Shown: positions 45,159 through 56,211 of the stretch, piece after piece | Layout of the letters: each line of letters begins with the position of its first letter | Position numbering within the stretch: position 1 is the first letter of the stretch | DNA from: Phycisphaerales bacterium | GTDB taxonomy: Bacteria > Planctomycetota > Phycisphaerae > Phycisphaerales > UBA1924 | Direction of reading: 5' to 3' | Length of the DNA: 64,000 bases | Assembly (NCBI GenBank): GCA_035299305.1 | Contig: DATGWV010000237.1 | Coordinates: 4,235-68,234, forward strand | Made by a program: the position numbers and the translations under genes | The notes under the pieces: model-generated | What the model saw: the letters and a program-made list of their open reading frames with translations, nothing else | What the model was told of the DNA's origin: nothing | The model's database searches: none

Positions 45159-47465
45159 ATGTCGTCCCACTCGCCTTCACATCTCTCGCCTGCAGATGTC
45201 GCGCCAACTGCGCGCATCGATCTTCCTATTGAGGGCATGACCTGTGCAGCGTGCGCCGCTCGCATCACCAGACATCTCGCGAAGCAGCCCGGCATCACAT
45301 CAGCGAGCGTCAATTTCGCGACGAAGACGGCAACAGTGCAGTTCAATGACGCGGCGACCGATGTGCCTGCTATCGCCGCGGCTGTGAACGCCATCGGTTT
45401 CACCGCCACGGTACCCGAACCTGCACCCGTGGCACGTGCTGCGTCAGGCGCGTCCACCGCACCATCGCTTGAAGCTCGGCTCGATGCTGAGACGAGGACG
45501 CTTCGCGTGAAGCTCATCGTCGCAGCGATCTTCACGTTTCCGGTGTTCATCATCGCGATGTCACACGGGCGTGTGTCTACGTTCAACGTTTCGTGGATCA
45601 ACTGGCTGCAGCTCGTACTCACGCTGCCGGTCGTGTGCTGGGCTGGCAGTCAGTTCTACATCTCCGCCATCAAGCAGTTGCGGTTCTTCTCGGCGAACAT
45701 GGACACGTTGGTGGCTCTGGGCACGGGTGCCGCATTCATCTATTCGCTGGTTGTCACTATCTGGCCGGAGTTCGCGGCCGCTCTCTCTGCAACACATGCG
45801 TCGCACGAGCCCGCGCATGTGTATTACGAGTCTGCTGCAGTCATCATCGTGCTTGTGCTGCTGGGCAAGTATCTTGAGTCGCGTGCGACGCGACGGGCGA
45901 CTTCGGCGATCAGTTCGCTCGTCAATCTCACGCCAAAGTTTGCACGCGTGCAACGCGGAAGCGGCGATTTTGATGTTGCTATCAACGATCTTCGCGTTGG
46001 CGACATCATTCTGGTACGTCCGGGCGAAAAGATCGCTGCTGATGGTCGCGTGATCGCGGGTTCGTCGGCAATCGACGAGTCCATGCTCACGGGCGAGAGT
46101 CTGCCGGTGGAGAAGTCGGTCGATTCGCTTGTGTTTGCCGGTACGCTCAATACGACGGGTTCGCTGCGCATTCTTGCGACCAAAGTCGGTGAGCACACGT
46201 CGCTGCACCACATCATTCGCCTTGTGCAAGAAGCGCAAGGCAGCAAAGCACCCATTGCACGGCTCGCCGACCGCATCAGCGGCGTGTTCGTTCCGATCGT
46301 GCTGGTCATTGCGCTGCTGACGTTTGCCGCGTGGTGGCTGCTTGATGGCAGCCCCGACAAGCTCACGCACGCGCTCACAACGTCTGTTGCGGTGCTCATC
46401 ATCGCGTGCCCGTGCGCGCTCGGGCTCGCGACGCCCACGGCGATCATGGTTGCCACGGGTCGGGCGGCGCGCATGGGCATTCTGATTCGAAGTGGTGAAG
46501 CCCTGGAGAACGCACATCGCGTCACGGCGGTTGTGCTTGATAAGACGGGCACAATCACAGCGGGCAAGCCCGCTGTCGTGCGCATAGTGCCCGCGCCGGG
46601 CGTGAGTGAAACGGAACTGCTTGCCACTGTGGCGTCGGCGGAGCGCCCCAGTGAGCATCCGCTCGCCGCGGCGATCGCACGCGAAGCAGCCGCACGCAGT
46701 CTACCTCTGGCGCAGCCCACGCATTTTGAAGCCGTGCCCGGCAAGGGCGTGCGGGCGGTGCTGCCTGCGGGCACGGTGCTTGTGGGCACACAAGAGTTGC
46801 TCGCGCAGCACGCAATCACGGTGACTGAGGAGCTTTCCCTCGCTCACACGATCATGCACGTTGCGAGAGATCGCACATATCTCGGCGCGATCATGCTCGC
46901 CGACACGATCAAGCCGACAAGCCGCGAAGCGATCGCATCGCTGCACGCGATGGGGCTGCGTGTCATCATGCTGACAGGTGACAATCTCGCGGCCGCGCAA
47001 AGTGTCGCTGCTGAGGTGAACATCACGGACGCTCGTGATATTCATGCGAATGTGCTGCCTGCTGACAAAGCCGCGCACATCGCGGCGCTGCAGCGCGAAG
47101 GTCACCGTGTCGCGATGGTTGGCGACGGCATCAACGACGCTCCGGCGCTCGCCCTGGCCGATGTCGCGATCGCGATGGGTACCGGTGCTGACATCGCCAT
47201 GGAAACCGCAGCGATCACCATTCTGCGAGGCGACCTGCGAGCTGTGTCGCAAGCCATCAATCTCTCACGCCGCACGATGCGGGTGATCCGACAGAATCTA
47301 TTCTGGGCGTTTCTCTACAACTCGCTGGGCATCCCGCTCGCCGCCGGCGTGCTTTACCCAGCGACAAGTTGGCTGCTCTCGCCGATGATCGCAAGCGCGG
47401 CGATGGCACTCAGTAGCGTGAGCGTGGTGACGAACAGCTTGCGGCTCGCTCGGCGCAATCCCTGA
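45159..47465 (+). CDS. copA: Copper-translocating P1B-type ATPase
   Basis: The HMA domain contains [11 protein letters not shown]. Also present are the CPC motif [12 protein letters not shown], the phosphorylation site VLDKTGTIT, and [13 protein letters not shown]. Confidence 0.92.
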   Translation: MSSHSPSHLSPADVAPTARIDLPIEGMTCAACAARITRHLAKQPGITSASVNFATKTATVQFNDAATDVPAIAAAVNAIGFTATVPEPAPVARAASGASTAPSLEARLDAETRTLRVKLIVAAIFTFPVFIIAMSHGRVSTFNVSWINWLQLVLTLPVVCWAGSQFYISAIKQLRFFSANMDTLVALGTGAAFIYSLVVTIWPEFAAALSATHASHEPAHVYYESAAVIIVLVLLGKYLESRATRRATSAISSLVNLTPKFARVQRGSGDFDVAINDLRVGDIILVRPGEKIAADGRVIAGSSAIDESMLTGESLPVEKSVDSLVFAGTLNTTGSLRILATKVGEHTSLHHIIRLVQEAQGSKAPIARLADRISGVFVPIVLVIALLTFAAWWLLDGSPDKLTHALTTSVAVLIIACPCALGLATPTAIMVATGRAARMGILIRSGEALENAHRVTAVVLDKTGTITAGKPAVVRIVPAPGVSETELLATVASAERPSEHPLAAAIAREAAARSLPLAQPTHFEAVPGKGVRAVLPAGTVLVGTQELLAQHAITVTEELSLAHTIMHVARDRTYLGAIMLADTIKPTSREAIASLHAMGLRVIMLTGDNLAAAQSVAAEVNITDARDIHANVLPADKAAHIAALQREGHRVAMVGDGINDAPALALADVAIAMGTGADIAMETAAITILRGDLRAVSQAINLSRRTMRVIRQNLFWAFLYNSLGIPLAAGVLYPATSWLLSPMIASAAMALSSVSVVTNSLRLARRNP

Positions 47466-47546
47466 TTCTCATCAGCGGCGAGCAGGTCAACTAACAAACA
47501 GGCCCCGCACTTGTGAGGCTTTGCCGGACTATTCGCACATTTTGTG

Positions 47547-47592
47547 AAAGCGGACGACGGGATTTGAACCCGCAACATTCAGCTTGGAAGGC
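47547..47592. repeat. attL: 46-bp direct repeat (3' part of tRNA-Gly, with no tRNA 5' half attached)
   Basis: aaagcggacgacgggatttgaacccgcaacattcagcttggaaggc is identical to 62128-62173. The flanking bases differ on both sides. Confidence 0.85.
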
Positions 47593-47994
47593 GGACGCTC
47601 TAGTGCCGAAGGTGCTGAAAAGACAAGCACTTATGACACGGGCGAGAACGTCCCCAGCGTTAGTGCCAGCGTTTCAACGCCTGAAGACGCTGAACTCGCC
47701 GCAATCATCGCGGCATGGGCGACGCTTCCAGCTGCAATGCGGGCGGGTGTGGTGGCAATAGTGAACGCAGCGCGAGGTGTACAATGAAGAAACCACCATC
47801 CACAAAGCGCAAAACTAAGCCAATGGGCACCGTGGCATCGGCAGACTCCGTTGCGCCGCATCGCACCAACTCGCACGGAGTGCATCGGCCAGCGTCAACA
47901 AACGGCGAATATGATGAGATTGCGGAACGCTCTAGCACCCACGCTGTATCGGATCGCGGCGCGGGTGGCCGATTCGTCGCTGGCAATCGAGGTG

Positions 47995-48340
47995 CTCCTT
48001 CAGCGTCTTGTCGGTCATCCCCGAGAGGACTTCCGGGCGTTCTGCTAGCGCGTCGTAGAAAGCGATCTCATCTCCTGACAATTTTCTCCTGCACAGTGTT
48101 CCCGCGCGTGCTCGACCGGATCTCGTCCCGGATCAGCCGCTCGAGCAGCTCAACCGCGAGTTTTTTGTCGGCATCATTCGGTCGTCTTGGAGGAACTCAT
48201 CTGACAGCAGCCCGATGTTCGGGCGCTCTACGCCCGCGAGTTTGAAGAAATCCGACACGCTATCGGAGGGAATCGCGTTGTCGAGTCCCTGCGTCAGCGC
48301 CGAGTCATTCGCATCTTTGCAGGCGGTGACATAGGACCGT
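47995..48340 (-). pseudogene. Frameshifted, internally deleted remnant of the C-terminal (DUF3387-type) region of a different type I HsdR
   Basis: Three minus-strand frame pieces. (1) ...SVSDFFKLAGVERPNIGLLSDEFLQDD. (2) ADKKLAVELLERLIRDEIRSSTRGNTVQEKIV. (3) DEIAFYDALAERPEVLSGMTDKTLKE. The KNLAVELL..LL.DEI and ELAFYDALA strings are conserved HsdR C-terminal motifs as I recall them. Stops and frame changes separate the pieces. Confidence 0.55.
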
Positions 48341-48359
48341 TACCGGCGCGATGCACTTC

Positions 48360-51300
48360 TCAAACCTTCCCACCCACGCCCTTGAATTTTTCAACAAAGG
48401 CGGCGATTTTCTGGAAAACACTTTGCTTGATGGTGAGATACTTGGGATTCAGCGGACTCATCTTGGGCAGGATGCTGTTAAGTTCGGTGCCGTTATCGCT
48501 GGCGTATTCCCGCTTCAGCGAGGTGAGAAGATAACGTCTGGCAGCATCTTCATTGAGGCTTTCTTCCCGGATGAGCGTTTCCGCTTCGCGCTTTTGCTCC
48601 GCTTGTGCGTAGGCAAAGAAGGATTCGATGATACTCGCCTTGTCGCGGAATTGATCGAGATCGGCCTGATTGATGAAATCGACCACCAGACTCTCCTTGG
48701 CGCGGTTCCCAATGCTCGCGCGGATCACCCGGCGGACATCTTCGATCAAGGCACCCTTGTCCTTCAGCTTCTGGTTCTTCTCAAAAATCAGTTCGAGGAT
48801 GTAATCGAGGTTGATCTCCTGCGACTTGAGGAGGTCGATCTCAAAGACCACGTCATCCCAATCCACCGTGCTTTTCTCGTTCGCTTTGCCGTCTTTGTCG
48901 CGGCGCAGCCAGTCGCGGATGTCGTTGTAGGTAGAGCGGTAGTCCTGAACCTTGCGCTCCGGCAGGACCTCCGTTGCCTTGAGCTTTTCGAGATCATTGT
49001 CGGTCAAGTAACGCTGCGCCTTAAAAGCTTCGACCGCCGTTTCGTCATGCGGATCGACTTGCTGCCAGGCTTTCAAGTTGACGAACTCATCGAAGTTTTG
49101 CAGCGCGTTCTCGATCTTCAGGTACTCTCCGAAGAGCTTAGTGAAGTCCTTCTTGTCGGCTTCCTTCTCGATGGCTGCCGGATCAGGAAACCTTTCTTTC
49201 AACTCTGCGACAACCTCGACAAAGCCGCGCCGCGCCGCGCCGGTGGCCACTTCAGTGAAGCCATCCATGTATTCGCTGTAGCTCTTCTCCAGGACGATGT
49301 TCTTGGTATTGGCATCGCCAAACAAAGTAATCGCGTCAATGGTCGGCTGCTCTAGATCCCGGAAGGTGACGATGTTGCCGAAAGTCTTGGTGGCGTCGTA
49401 GATTCGGTTGGTGCGAGAGTAAGCCTGGATCAGGCCGTGATAGCGCAGGTTCTTATCGACGAACAAGGTGTTAAGCGTCGGGGCGTCGAAGCCAGTGAGA
49501 AACATTCCGACAACGATCAGCAGGTCCACTTCCTGCCTCTTCACACGCTGGGCGAGATCGCGGTAGTAGTTTTGAAAGCCGTTGCTGTCGACACCAAAAC
49601 TGGTTTTATAAAACGTGTTGTAGTCGGCGATCGCCGCGTTCAGAAACTCCTTGGCGCTACTGTTCATAGTAGAAACCTCGAAGCTTTCGTCTTGGATCGT
49701 ACCGATGGCTTCCTGCTCCTCATTAGCGGCGAAGGAGAAGATAGTGGCCACCTTGAGAGGTCGCTCGCTCTCACTTTGCAGCGTCTTGAAGGTCTCGTAG
49801 TAAAGCTTCGCGGCATCCACGCTGCTCACCGCAAACATGGCATTGAAGCCCTTGCCGCCCACTTGCAGGCGGTGAGTTTTTTGGCGGTAGTTGTTCAGGA
49901 TGTATTGGCTGATCTCCTTGATGCGATCTGGGTGAAGAAGGGCTTGGCGGTTTTCAGCGGCATTGAGTTTTTCCGTGTCCTGCTCGGTTTCGATGGCTTT
50001 GAAGCGCGGGCGCACGTCGTTGTAGTCCACCTTGAACTTCAGCACCTTTTCATCGCGGATGGCATCGGTGATGACGTAGGAGTGCAACTCGCGACCGAAC
50101 ACACTGGCGGTCGTCTCCGCACCGCTGGCATTCTGCGGGAAAATCGGCGTGCCAGTGAATCCGAACTGATAAAACCGTTTAAACTTCTTTTGCAGGTTGG
50201 CTTGCGCCTCTCCGAACTGGCTACGGTGGCACTCGTCGAAGATGAACACCACCTGCTGGGAATAAACCGGAAGCAAAGCCTCGGTTTTCATCAGGTTATT
50301 TAGCTTCTGGATGGTGGTGACGATGATCTTGTTGTCGTCTTTCTGAAGGTTGCGTTTCAGACCGGCGGTGCTGTCGGAGCCGTTCACGCTGTCTGGCGAG
50401 AACCGCTGGTATTCCTTCATTGTCTGGTAATCCAGATCCTTACGATCTACGACGAAGAACACTTTGTCGATGAAGTCCAGTTCCGTGGCCAAGCGGGCCG
50501 CTTTGAAGCTGGTTAGCGTCTTACCCGAACCGGTGGTGTGCCAGATATAGCCGCCGCTCTCCGGCTTGCTCCAGTTTTTCGATTCATACGAGCTAACGAT
50601 CTTCTGCAGGATGCGCTCCGTCGCTGCGATTTGGTATGGACGCATCACCAGCAGGGCATCGCTCACGTCGAAGACCGAGTAGTGCAGCAGCACCTTGAGC
50701 AGGGTGCGTTTCTCGAAAAAAGTCGCAGTGAAGTCCTTCAAATCCTTAATGAGGGAATTGTCCCTCGTCGCCCAATGCATCGTGAAGTCGAAGCTGTTCT
50801 TGTTTCGCTGTGTGGTGTTCGCGAAGTAGCGGGTGTCGGTGCCGTTGCTAATGACGAACAGTTGCAGGAACTTGAACAGCGATAACTCGCTGTTGAAGCT
50901 CTCCTTGCTGTAGCGGTGGACCTGATTAAAAGCCTCACGAATGGCGACCCCGCGCTTTTTGAGCTCCACTTGCACGAGGGGCAAGCCGTTGACGAGAATG
51001 GTCACATCGTAGCGGTTGGCGTGACTGCCACTTTGTTCAAACTGCCGGATGACTTGGCAGGTGTTGCGCAGAACGTTCTTCTTGTCAAGCAGATAGATGT
51101 TCTGGATGTGGCCGTCATCAAAAACGAAGTCGTGGATGTAGTCATCGTGGATCTTGCGAGTCTTTTCGACGATGTGGTCGCTCGGGCGGTCGAGATAGGT
51201 CTCAACAAACCGCGTCCACTCCGAGTTGGTGAACTGGACGTTGTTGAGCGTTTGCAGTTGGGTGCGGGCGTTCGCAAGAAGTTTTAGAGGAGTGTTCAGC

Positions 51301-51458
51301 TCGCGTTCGAAGGTGTAACCCAGGTTTTCTAGATCTTGAATTAGCTCTCGCTCCAACGCGTCCTCGCTCTGGTAGGACTCCATGAGCTTGCAGTCCTTGT
51401 CGTATCGATCAAGAACGATAAAGCGGTTGGTCTCCGCGATGGCTTTGGTTTCGATCAT
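48360..51458 (-). CDS. hsdR: Type I restriction enzyme R subunit
   Basis: 1032 aa. Walker A is [13 protein letters not shown], the DEAH box is [11 protein letters not shown], and helicase motif VI is YSRTNRI. The gene is the last in a tight four-gene operon. Confidence 0.92.
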   Translation of the reverse strand: MIETKAIAETNRFIVLDRYDKDCKLMESYQSEDALERELIQDLENLGYTFERELNTPLKLLANARTQLQTLNNVQFTNSEWTRFVETYLDRPSDHIVEKTRKIHDDYIHDFVFDDGHIQNIYLLDKKNVLRNTCQVIRQFEQSGSHANRYDVTILVNGLPLVQVELKKRGVAIREAFNQVHRYSKESFNSELSLFKFLQLFVISNGTDTRYFANTTQRNKNSFDFTMHWATRDNSLIKDLKDFTATFFEKRTLLKVLLHYSVFDVSDALLVMRPYQIAATERILQKIVSSYESKNWSKPESGGYIWHTTGSGKTLTSFKAARLATELDFIDKVFFVVDRKDLDYQTMKEYQRFSPDSVNGSDSTAGLKRNLQKDDNKIIVTTIQKLNNLMKTEALLPVYSQQVVFIFDECHRSQFGEAQANLQKKFKRFYQFGFTGTPIFPQNASGAETTASVFGRELHSYVITDAIRDEKVLKFKVDYNDVRPRFKAIETEQDTEKLNAAENRQALLHPDRIKEISQYILNNYRQKTHRLQVGGKGFNAMFAVSSVDAAKLYYETFKTLQSESERPLKVATIFSFAANEEQEAIGTIQDESFEVSTMNSSAKEFLNAAIADYNTFYKTSFGVDSNGFQNYYRDLAQRVKRQEVDLLIVVGMFLTGFDAPTLNTLFVDKNLRYHGLIQAYSRTNRIYDATKTFGNIVTFRDLEQPTIDAITLFGDANTKNIVLEKSYSEYMDGFTEVATGAARRGFVEVVAELKERFPDPAAIEKEADKKDFTKLFGEYLKIENALQNFDEFVNLKAWQQVDPHDETAVEAFKAQRYLTDNDLEKLKATEVLPERKVQDYRSTYNDIRDWLRRDKDGKANEKSTVDWDDVVFEIDLLKSQEINLDYILELIFEKNQKLKDKGALIEDVRRVIRASIGNRAKESLVVDFINQADLDQFRDKASIIESFFAYAQAEQKREAETLIREESLNEDAARRYLLTSLKREYASDNGTELNSILPKMSPLNPKYLTIKQSVFQKIAAFVEKFKGVGGKV

Positions 51459-51464
51459 GGTTCC

Positions 51465-52703
51465 TTACTCTGATGCAGCCGGTTGATCGCTCGCTACGTT
51501 GAAACGATACGTCTCAGTGATCTTGCTAACGAGAAAGCTCAGCATTCGCTTATCGTCATCGTCTAGGTCCGCGACTTCGTCGGCCGAATGTTTGGAGTGA
51601 CTGAATAGATTGATCATCCGCGCCTCATACGGGTTCGTTCGTCCATCGTCGGTTTTGGGCAGTAAATCAGCCCATTTGTCATACCCCAGAAATGTGGAGG
51701 TCTTCTCCAAAAGGTTTCGCAGAAAATTGTAGTGATACTTGCGAATATGGCCTGTTTGGATGGCTTTCTCGAGTTCGCCCTTTAGGTAGAGGTGGTAGGC
51801 AAAAGGCGAATCATTGCTTTGGGACTCAAGCGAGTGAGTTCCATCTTCGCTCTTTCTGAGTAAGTACTTTTTGGCACTGCTGGCTTTAAATTCATTGTGC
51901 AGCACGTTATAAAAAAGGGGGTTGTGCGTCGTGATTATGAACTTCAGTTCGGAGTCACTCGACTTGATCAGGGCGGCCAAATTAACGGCCAGCTCGATCA
52001 AATGGTTCTCATCCAATGAGCTAACCGGGTCATCGATAAAGATATACTCTAGTAGATCATACTTGTCGGTTTCCCGCTGAGATGGTTCGGCCACGTTTAG
52101 AACTTCTACAACCTGCTCAATGAGGCTATAAAAGATGCTCCAGATGAAGCAGCTCTCCTCGCCTTTAGAAATTTTAACGTGCTCGCTGATGCCTTCGTTT
52201 CCCCGCTCGTAGGAAAACGTAACCTCTGAGAAACCGGGCACCTCAACGTCTTTTCCCTCCCCATTTTTGATGGTGTACGCTTGGTTAAATCGAGGTGTCA
52301 GCTTGTCGTTTGTGTAACGTTGAAAGTGTGCGATGGCGTTTTGATCCTGCCCTTGGTCCTGTAAGACCCATCGCGTATAGGCGTTGGGCTGGATCTTCAT
52401 AATCCGCTTTACGTCGCCTTCAAGATCGTTGTCCCAATAGAAAAGATCCTCAGTGAATGCGTTGTAATAAAGAATCTTTGGTCGGGGGTCTATTGCATCG
52501 TCTTGACCCTGATTCTTTGGCGCAATTAGTTCTTTGAACTCACGCGAAAGCCGCGTTTTCCCAGTGCCATTAAAAGCATAAATCAACTGCACCTTCGGCA
52601 CCGGCTTGGACGCTGTAACTTCGCGCGTTTGTACGGAGACTGTTTTAGTGACAGTCTTGGCCGTGCTTAACTGCTCCGCAATCATTTTGAGTGAGTGACT
52701 CAT
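51465..52703 (-). CDS. prrC: PrrC-like anticodon nuclease / AAA_13-family ATPase embedded in the RM operon
   Basis: 412 aa, located between hsdS and hsdR as in the E. coli prr locus. [17 protein letters not shown] is the Walker A motif and [15 protein letters not shown] is Walker-B-like. The C-terminal FLRNLLEKT...NLFSHSKH gives an R-x3-E...H arrangement reminiscent of the EcoPrrC Arg/Glu/His triad. Confidence 0.65.
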   Translation of the reverse strand: MSHSLKMIAEQLSTAKTVTKTVSVQTREVTASKPVPKVQLIYAFNGTGKTRLSREFKELIAPKNQGQDDAIDPRPKILYYNAFTEDLFYWDNDLEGDVKRIMKIQPNAYTRWVLQDQGQDQNAIAHFQRYTNDKLTPRFNQAYTIKNGEGKDVEVPGFSEVTFSYERGNEGISEHVKISKGEESCFIWSIFYSLIEQVVEVLNVAEPSQRETDKYDLLEYIFIDDPVSSLDENHLIELAVNLAALIKSSDSELKFIITTHNPLFYNVLHNEFKASSAKKYLLRKSEDGTHSLESQSNDSPFAYHLYLKGELEKAIQTGHIRKYHYNFLRNLLEKTSTFLGYDKWADLLPKTDDGRTNPYEARMINLFSHSKHSADEVADLDDDDKRMLSFLVSKITETYRFNVASDQPAASE

Positions 52704-52704
52704 A

Positions 52705-53886
52705 TTATGCCACAGATTCAGGTTTGGGGAAGCTCAGCAGCAGGTCGCGGTAATGGACGTATTGCTTGTGCCTCAGCTCGATCTCTCGCAGCAAACCTTC
52801 GCTGATGGAGTGGGTGAGGGTGTCGAGCTTGTCGAGGACAGCGGCGACTCGAGCCTGCTCTGTGAGGGGGGGGACGGGGATTTGAACCTTGAGGATCCAA
52901 TCTTTCTTCAGGTGAGTCTGATCAGACCCGTTATCGTAAGCAAGAAGTTGTTTGTTACGGTTCATCACATGATGGAGAAATCTAGGAGAATACTGCTCTC
53001 GATCTTTTACTCTTAACAGGCACACTCTTTGATTGGCAGCATAGCGGTTGTCATCTAAAACCAGAAAGGTTTTAGCCAGAGCTCGACCCTTTGGGAGATC
53101 GCTCATAACCAGAGCAACATCATCTTTGTGCGCAGGGGTCAATACGTTAGATCGGTCGATCCATCGAGCGGACCTGCCTTCAGTTGAGATGAATTTTGCA
53201 GTCAATAGCGCAATGTTGCCATCCTTTGAAACAAACTTTTCGTGTGGTTTAGCGTTCTGAAAATGCACAATGTTCTCCAGCGTCTTCCATTCCACATCGC
53301 CATCTTCAAAACGGAGCAACTGATTGCGATAATGGTCGTATTGTCTTTTCCGATTGGTCAATTCGCTGGTCAACTTCGTAGTCAACTCGGTGGTCAGCAT
53401 GGTGAAGTCATCCAAAATCCGCACGATCTCTTTCTGGACTGGCAGAGGCGGGATCGGGATTTTCTTTTTGGAATAGTTGCTGATCCACTGACGCTTGTGA
53501 TCGGCGTCGATAAGATCACTTGGTAGCGTGTTTAGCCAGTAGTAAACGTATTTGAGAAGATATGAAGAGTCATCCGAAGACTTCAGCATCTTCATTGCCG
53601 ATGATTTAACTTTAAAGTCGAAATCGACCCATTTGTTCGAGGTTGTGAAATCATCAAATATAATAACAGGACTTGTTGAAGCCTTGTAAATCCCCGTCGT
53701 CTCATTCGTGTAGCCCAGAATGAAAGTCTTTCCGGCGGTCAAAACTGGTAGATCGAAGTTGTCGTCATACGTTTGCGACTCCACCAAGTATTTGGTGGGT
53801 TGCTCATAGTCCACCACTTCTCCCAGTGGCTTCCACTCCACCTCGACGTTATCGAGCAGGCTTTGCATGTAACTTCGCCTACTCAT
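52705..53886 (-). CDS. hsdS: Type I restriction-modification S (specificity) subunit
   Basis: 393 aa with two target-recognition halves, each followed by a conserved helix ([14 protein letters not shown]..., [15 protein letters not shown]...). The start overlaps the hsdM stop (ATGA). Confidence 0.85.
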   Translation of the reverse strand: MSRRSYMQSLLDNVEVEWKPLGEVVDYEQPTKYLVESQTYDDNFDLPVLTAGKTFILGYTNETTGIYKASTSPVIIFDDFTTSNKWVDFDFKVKSSAMKMLKSSDDSSYLLKYVYYWLNTLPSDLIDADHKRQWISNYSKKKIPIPPLPVQKEIVRILDDFTMLTTELTTKLTSELTNRKRQYDHYRNQLLRFEDGDVEWKTLENIVHFQNAKPHEKFVSKDGNIALLTAKFISTEGRSARWIDRSNVLTPAHKDDVALVMSDLPKGRALAKTFLVLDDNRYAANQRVCLLRVKDREQYSPRFLHHVMNRNKQLLAYDNGSDQTHLKKDWILKVQIPVPPLTEQARVAAVLDKLDTLTHSISEGLLREIELRHKQYVHYRDLLLSFPKPESVA

Positions 53887-55439
53887 GGGTCAACCTCCAC
53901 TCCTTCAATTTCTGCGAGGATGGAATCGATGTCCGCTCGCAAACGGTTGATTCTAGCGACGGTGGTGGCCAGCTTGGCGTTCAGCTCGGCAATGTTCACG
54001 ACTTCACGGTTATTCTCGGCTTCGACGTAGGTGCTGACGGAGAGGTTGTAGTCTTTCTCAGCGATGGTGGCGTGATCAACGGACGCGGCGAAGTGTTCCA
54101 CATTTTCCTTGCCGTCGAAGACCGCGATGACTCGCTCGATGTTCTCATCGGTGAGCACGTTGTTGTTCGTCTCTTTTTTGAAGAGAGCGCTGGCGTCGAT
54201 GAACTGCGTCCTAGTGTCGGGCTTATGCTTGGAGAGGACGAGGATGTTGACCGCGATGGTGGTGCCGAAGAAGAGATTTGGCGCGAGGGAGATGACGGTC
54301 TCTACGTAGTTGTTGTCCACCAAGTATTGGCGGATCTTCTGCTCGGCACCGCCGCGGTAGAAGATGCCGGGGAAGCAGACGATGGCGGCGCGGCCCTTGG
54401 CGGAGAGATAGCTGAGCGCGTGAAGGACGAAGGCGAAGTCCGCCTTCGACTTGGGGGCGAGCACCCCTGCGGGGGCAAAGCGGTCGTCGTTGATGAGGGT
54501 GGGATCGTCACTGCCTTTCCATTTCACGGAATAGGGCGGATTGGAGACGATGGCATCGAAGGGTTTCTCGCCGAGGAAATGAGGGTCGGTGAGGGTGTTG
54601 CCGAGCTGGATGTTGAACTTGTCGTAGTTGATGTTGTGCAGGAACATGTTCATCCGCGCCAGGTTGTAGGTGGTGTGGTTGATTTCCTGCCCGAAAAAGC
54701 CGTCCTCAATGATGTGCGCGTCGAAGTGCTTCTTGGCCTGGAGCAGCAGGGAGCCGGAACCGGCGGCGGGGTCATAGATTTTGTTGACGCTAGTCTGCTT
54801 GTGCATGGCCAGTTGGGCGATCAGCCGGGAAACGTTCTGCGGTGTGAAGAACTCGCCACCGGACTTTCCCGCATTGGCGGCGTAGTTTGAAATGAGGAAC
54901 TCGTAGGCGTCGCCGAAGAGGTCGATCTGGCTTCCCTCGAAGTTGCCGAAATCGAGACCACCAACGCCGGCGAGCACGGCGGCGAGGCGCAGGTTTTTGT
55001 CTTTGACGGTGTTGCCAAGGCGGTTGCTCGTGGTGTCGAAGTCCGCAAACAAGCCCTTTATGGCTTTTTCCGAAGGGTAACCGTTAGCAGAACTCTCGAT
55101 GGCCGAGAAAATAGCAGCTAGGTCGGTGTTCAGGCTCTCGTTGGCGTTCGCCGTGGCTAGCACATTGGCAAAGAGCTGGCTGGGGTAGATGAAGTAACCC
55201 TTAGTCTTAATCGCATCGTCCTTGACCTCCGGCGTGACGACGCTGTCGGGTAGCTCCGCGTAGTGGATGTCGGGATCGCCAGCCTCGATGTAGGCGGCAA
55301 AGTTTTCGCTGATGAAGCGGTAGAACAGGGTGCCGAGGACGTACTGCTTGAAGTCCCAGCCGTCGACCGCGCCGCGAACATCGTTCGCAATCTGCCAGAT
55401 TTGTCGCTGGAGTGCAGCGCGTTGTTGACTGCTTGTCAT
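53883..55439 (-). CDS. hsdM: Type I restriction-modification M subunit (N6-adenine methyltransferase)
   Basis: An HsdM N-terminal domain is present. Motif I is [13 protein letters not shown] and motif IV is [22 protein letters not shown] is also present. Confidence 0.92.
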   Translation of the reverse strand: MTSSQQRAALQRQIWQIANDVRGAVDGWDFKQYVLGTLFYRFISENFAAYIEAGDPDIHYAELPDSVVTPEVKDDAIKTKGYFIYPSQLFANVLATANANESLNTDLAAIFSAIESSANGYPSEKAIKGLFADFDTTSNRLGNTVKDKNLRLAAVLAGVGGLDFGNFEGSQIDLFGDAYEFLISNYAANAGKSGGEFFTPQNVSRLIAQLAMHKQTSVNKIYDPAAGSGSLLLQAKKHFDAHIIEDGFFGQEINHTTYNLARMNMFLHNINYDKFNIQLGNTLTDPHFLGEKPFDAIVSNPPYSVKWKGSDDPTLINDDRFAPAGVLAPKSKADFAFVLHALSYLSAKGRAAIVCFPGIFYRGGAEQKIRQYLVDNNYVETVISLAPNLFFGTTIAVNILVLSKHKPDTRTQFIDASALFKKETNNNVLTDENIERVIAVFDGKENVEHFAASVDHATIAEKDYNLSVSTYVEAENNREVVNIAELNAKLATTVARINRLRADIDSILAEIEGVEVDP

Positions 55440-56211
55440 TGTCTAATTCTCAAAAAAGTTAGTAGCGGGCCGCTTTCCATGAGCGACGTTAGGCTTCGAT
55501 GGGTTTGACTCGCCATGGCGTAGGGCTTTGGCGACGACGAAATCTCCATGGAGATCTGGGTGCAGGTCGCTGGTAAAACTGTTGGCGGGCTTCTTGCCGA
55601 TGTTGAAGCGATGCCGCGGCACTCACGGGAGCAGGAGATTGCAACGGTTGGTGTGTGGACGGTCATCGGTGGGCACAAAATAACCCCCGAGAACCCCGCT
55701 ATAACCTGTGATAACCCCGCAATAATACCACAATAACTATGCGATTTGCCCGCGATTACCCCCCCAAGTGCTTCGATGTCTCTGGCAGAATTGCAACAAA
55801 AGCGGCAAAGGATGGGTTCTGTTAGGATATGAGGTGCAAAATTAGTGAAAAAATGGACAAGGCGGTAGTGTGCGCCGCACCGAATTGCGGCCTGACTTTC
55901 TCCGGGTAGCGGAGATGTTGATTCGCCGACCGCACAGCCGAAAGTCTGAGCTTCACCGCTTCACCTCGATGCTTAGCACGGCATAATGCCAGAATCAACC
56001 GTGGGGGGTGGGGGTGAAATCCCTACAAGCGTGAGGCCGGGACGGATTTGTGACCCGTTCCGCGAACCGCCGCAATAAGTGCCCCCCCTTTGCTCGCAAC
56101 AATGTGTCGGGTCGTGCTTGATGTTGCAACGTCACGCACACACGGACCAGCGGCGGCGGCGGTACACCGTCCCTGTCGCCCCGCTGTCCGGCCCGCACGG
56201 GACGGCAGAGC

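Noticed and set aside
47715-48245. Plus-strand 176-aa ORF at the left end of the island.
   Set aside because: Only the first part after the ATG at 47784 looks protein-like (basic N terminus, GRFVAGNRG). From about 47995 onward the translation is Ser/Arg-rich junk lying antisense to the HsdR-remnant pieces. I treat it as a truncated gene fused to shadow sequence and did not list it as an intact CDS.
55443-55678. Small minus-strand ORFs just upstream of hsdM: the 80-aa track ORF 55436..55678, and a 59-codon GTG ORF ending at 55443 (MPRHRFNIGKKPANSFTSDLHPDLHGDFVVAKALRHGESNPSKPNVAHGKRPATNFFEN).
   Set aside because: I recognise no family, the two are short and overlap in different frames, and they could be remnants from the cassette junction. 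There is insufficient support to call a gene, although the second ends 4 nt before the hsdM ATG and might deserve a database search.
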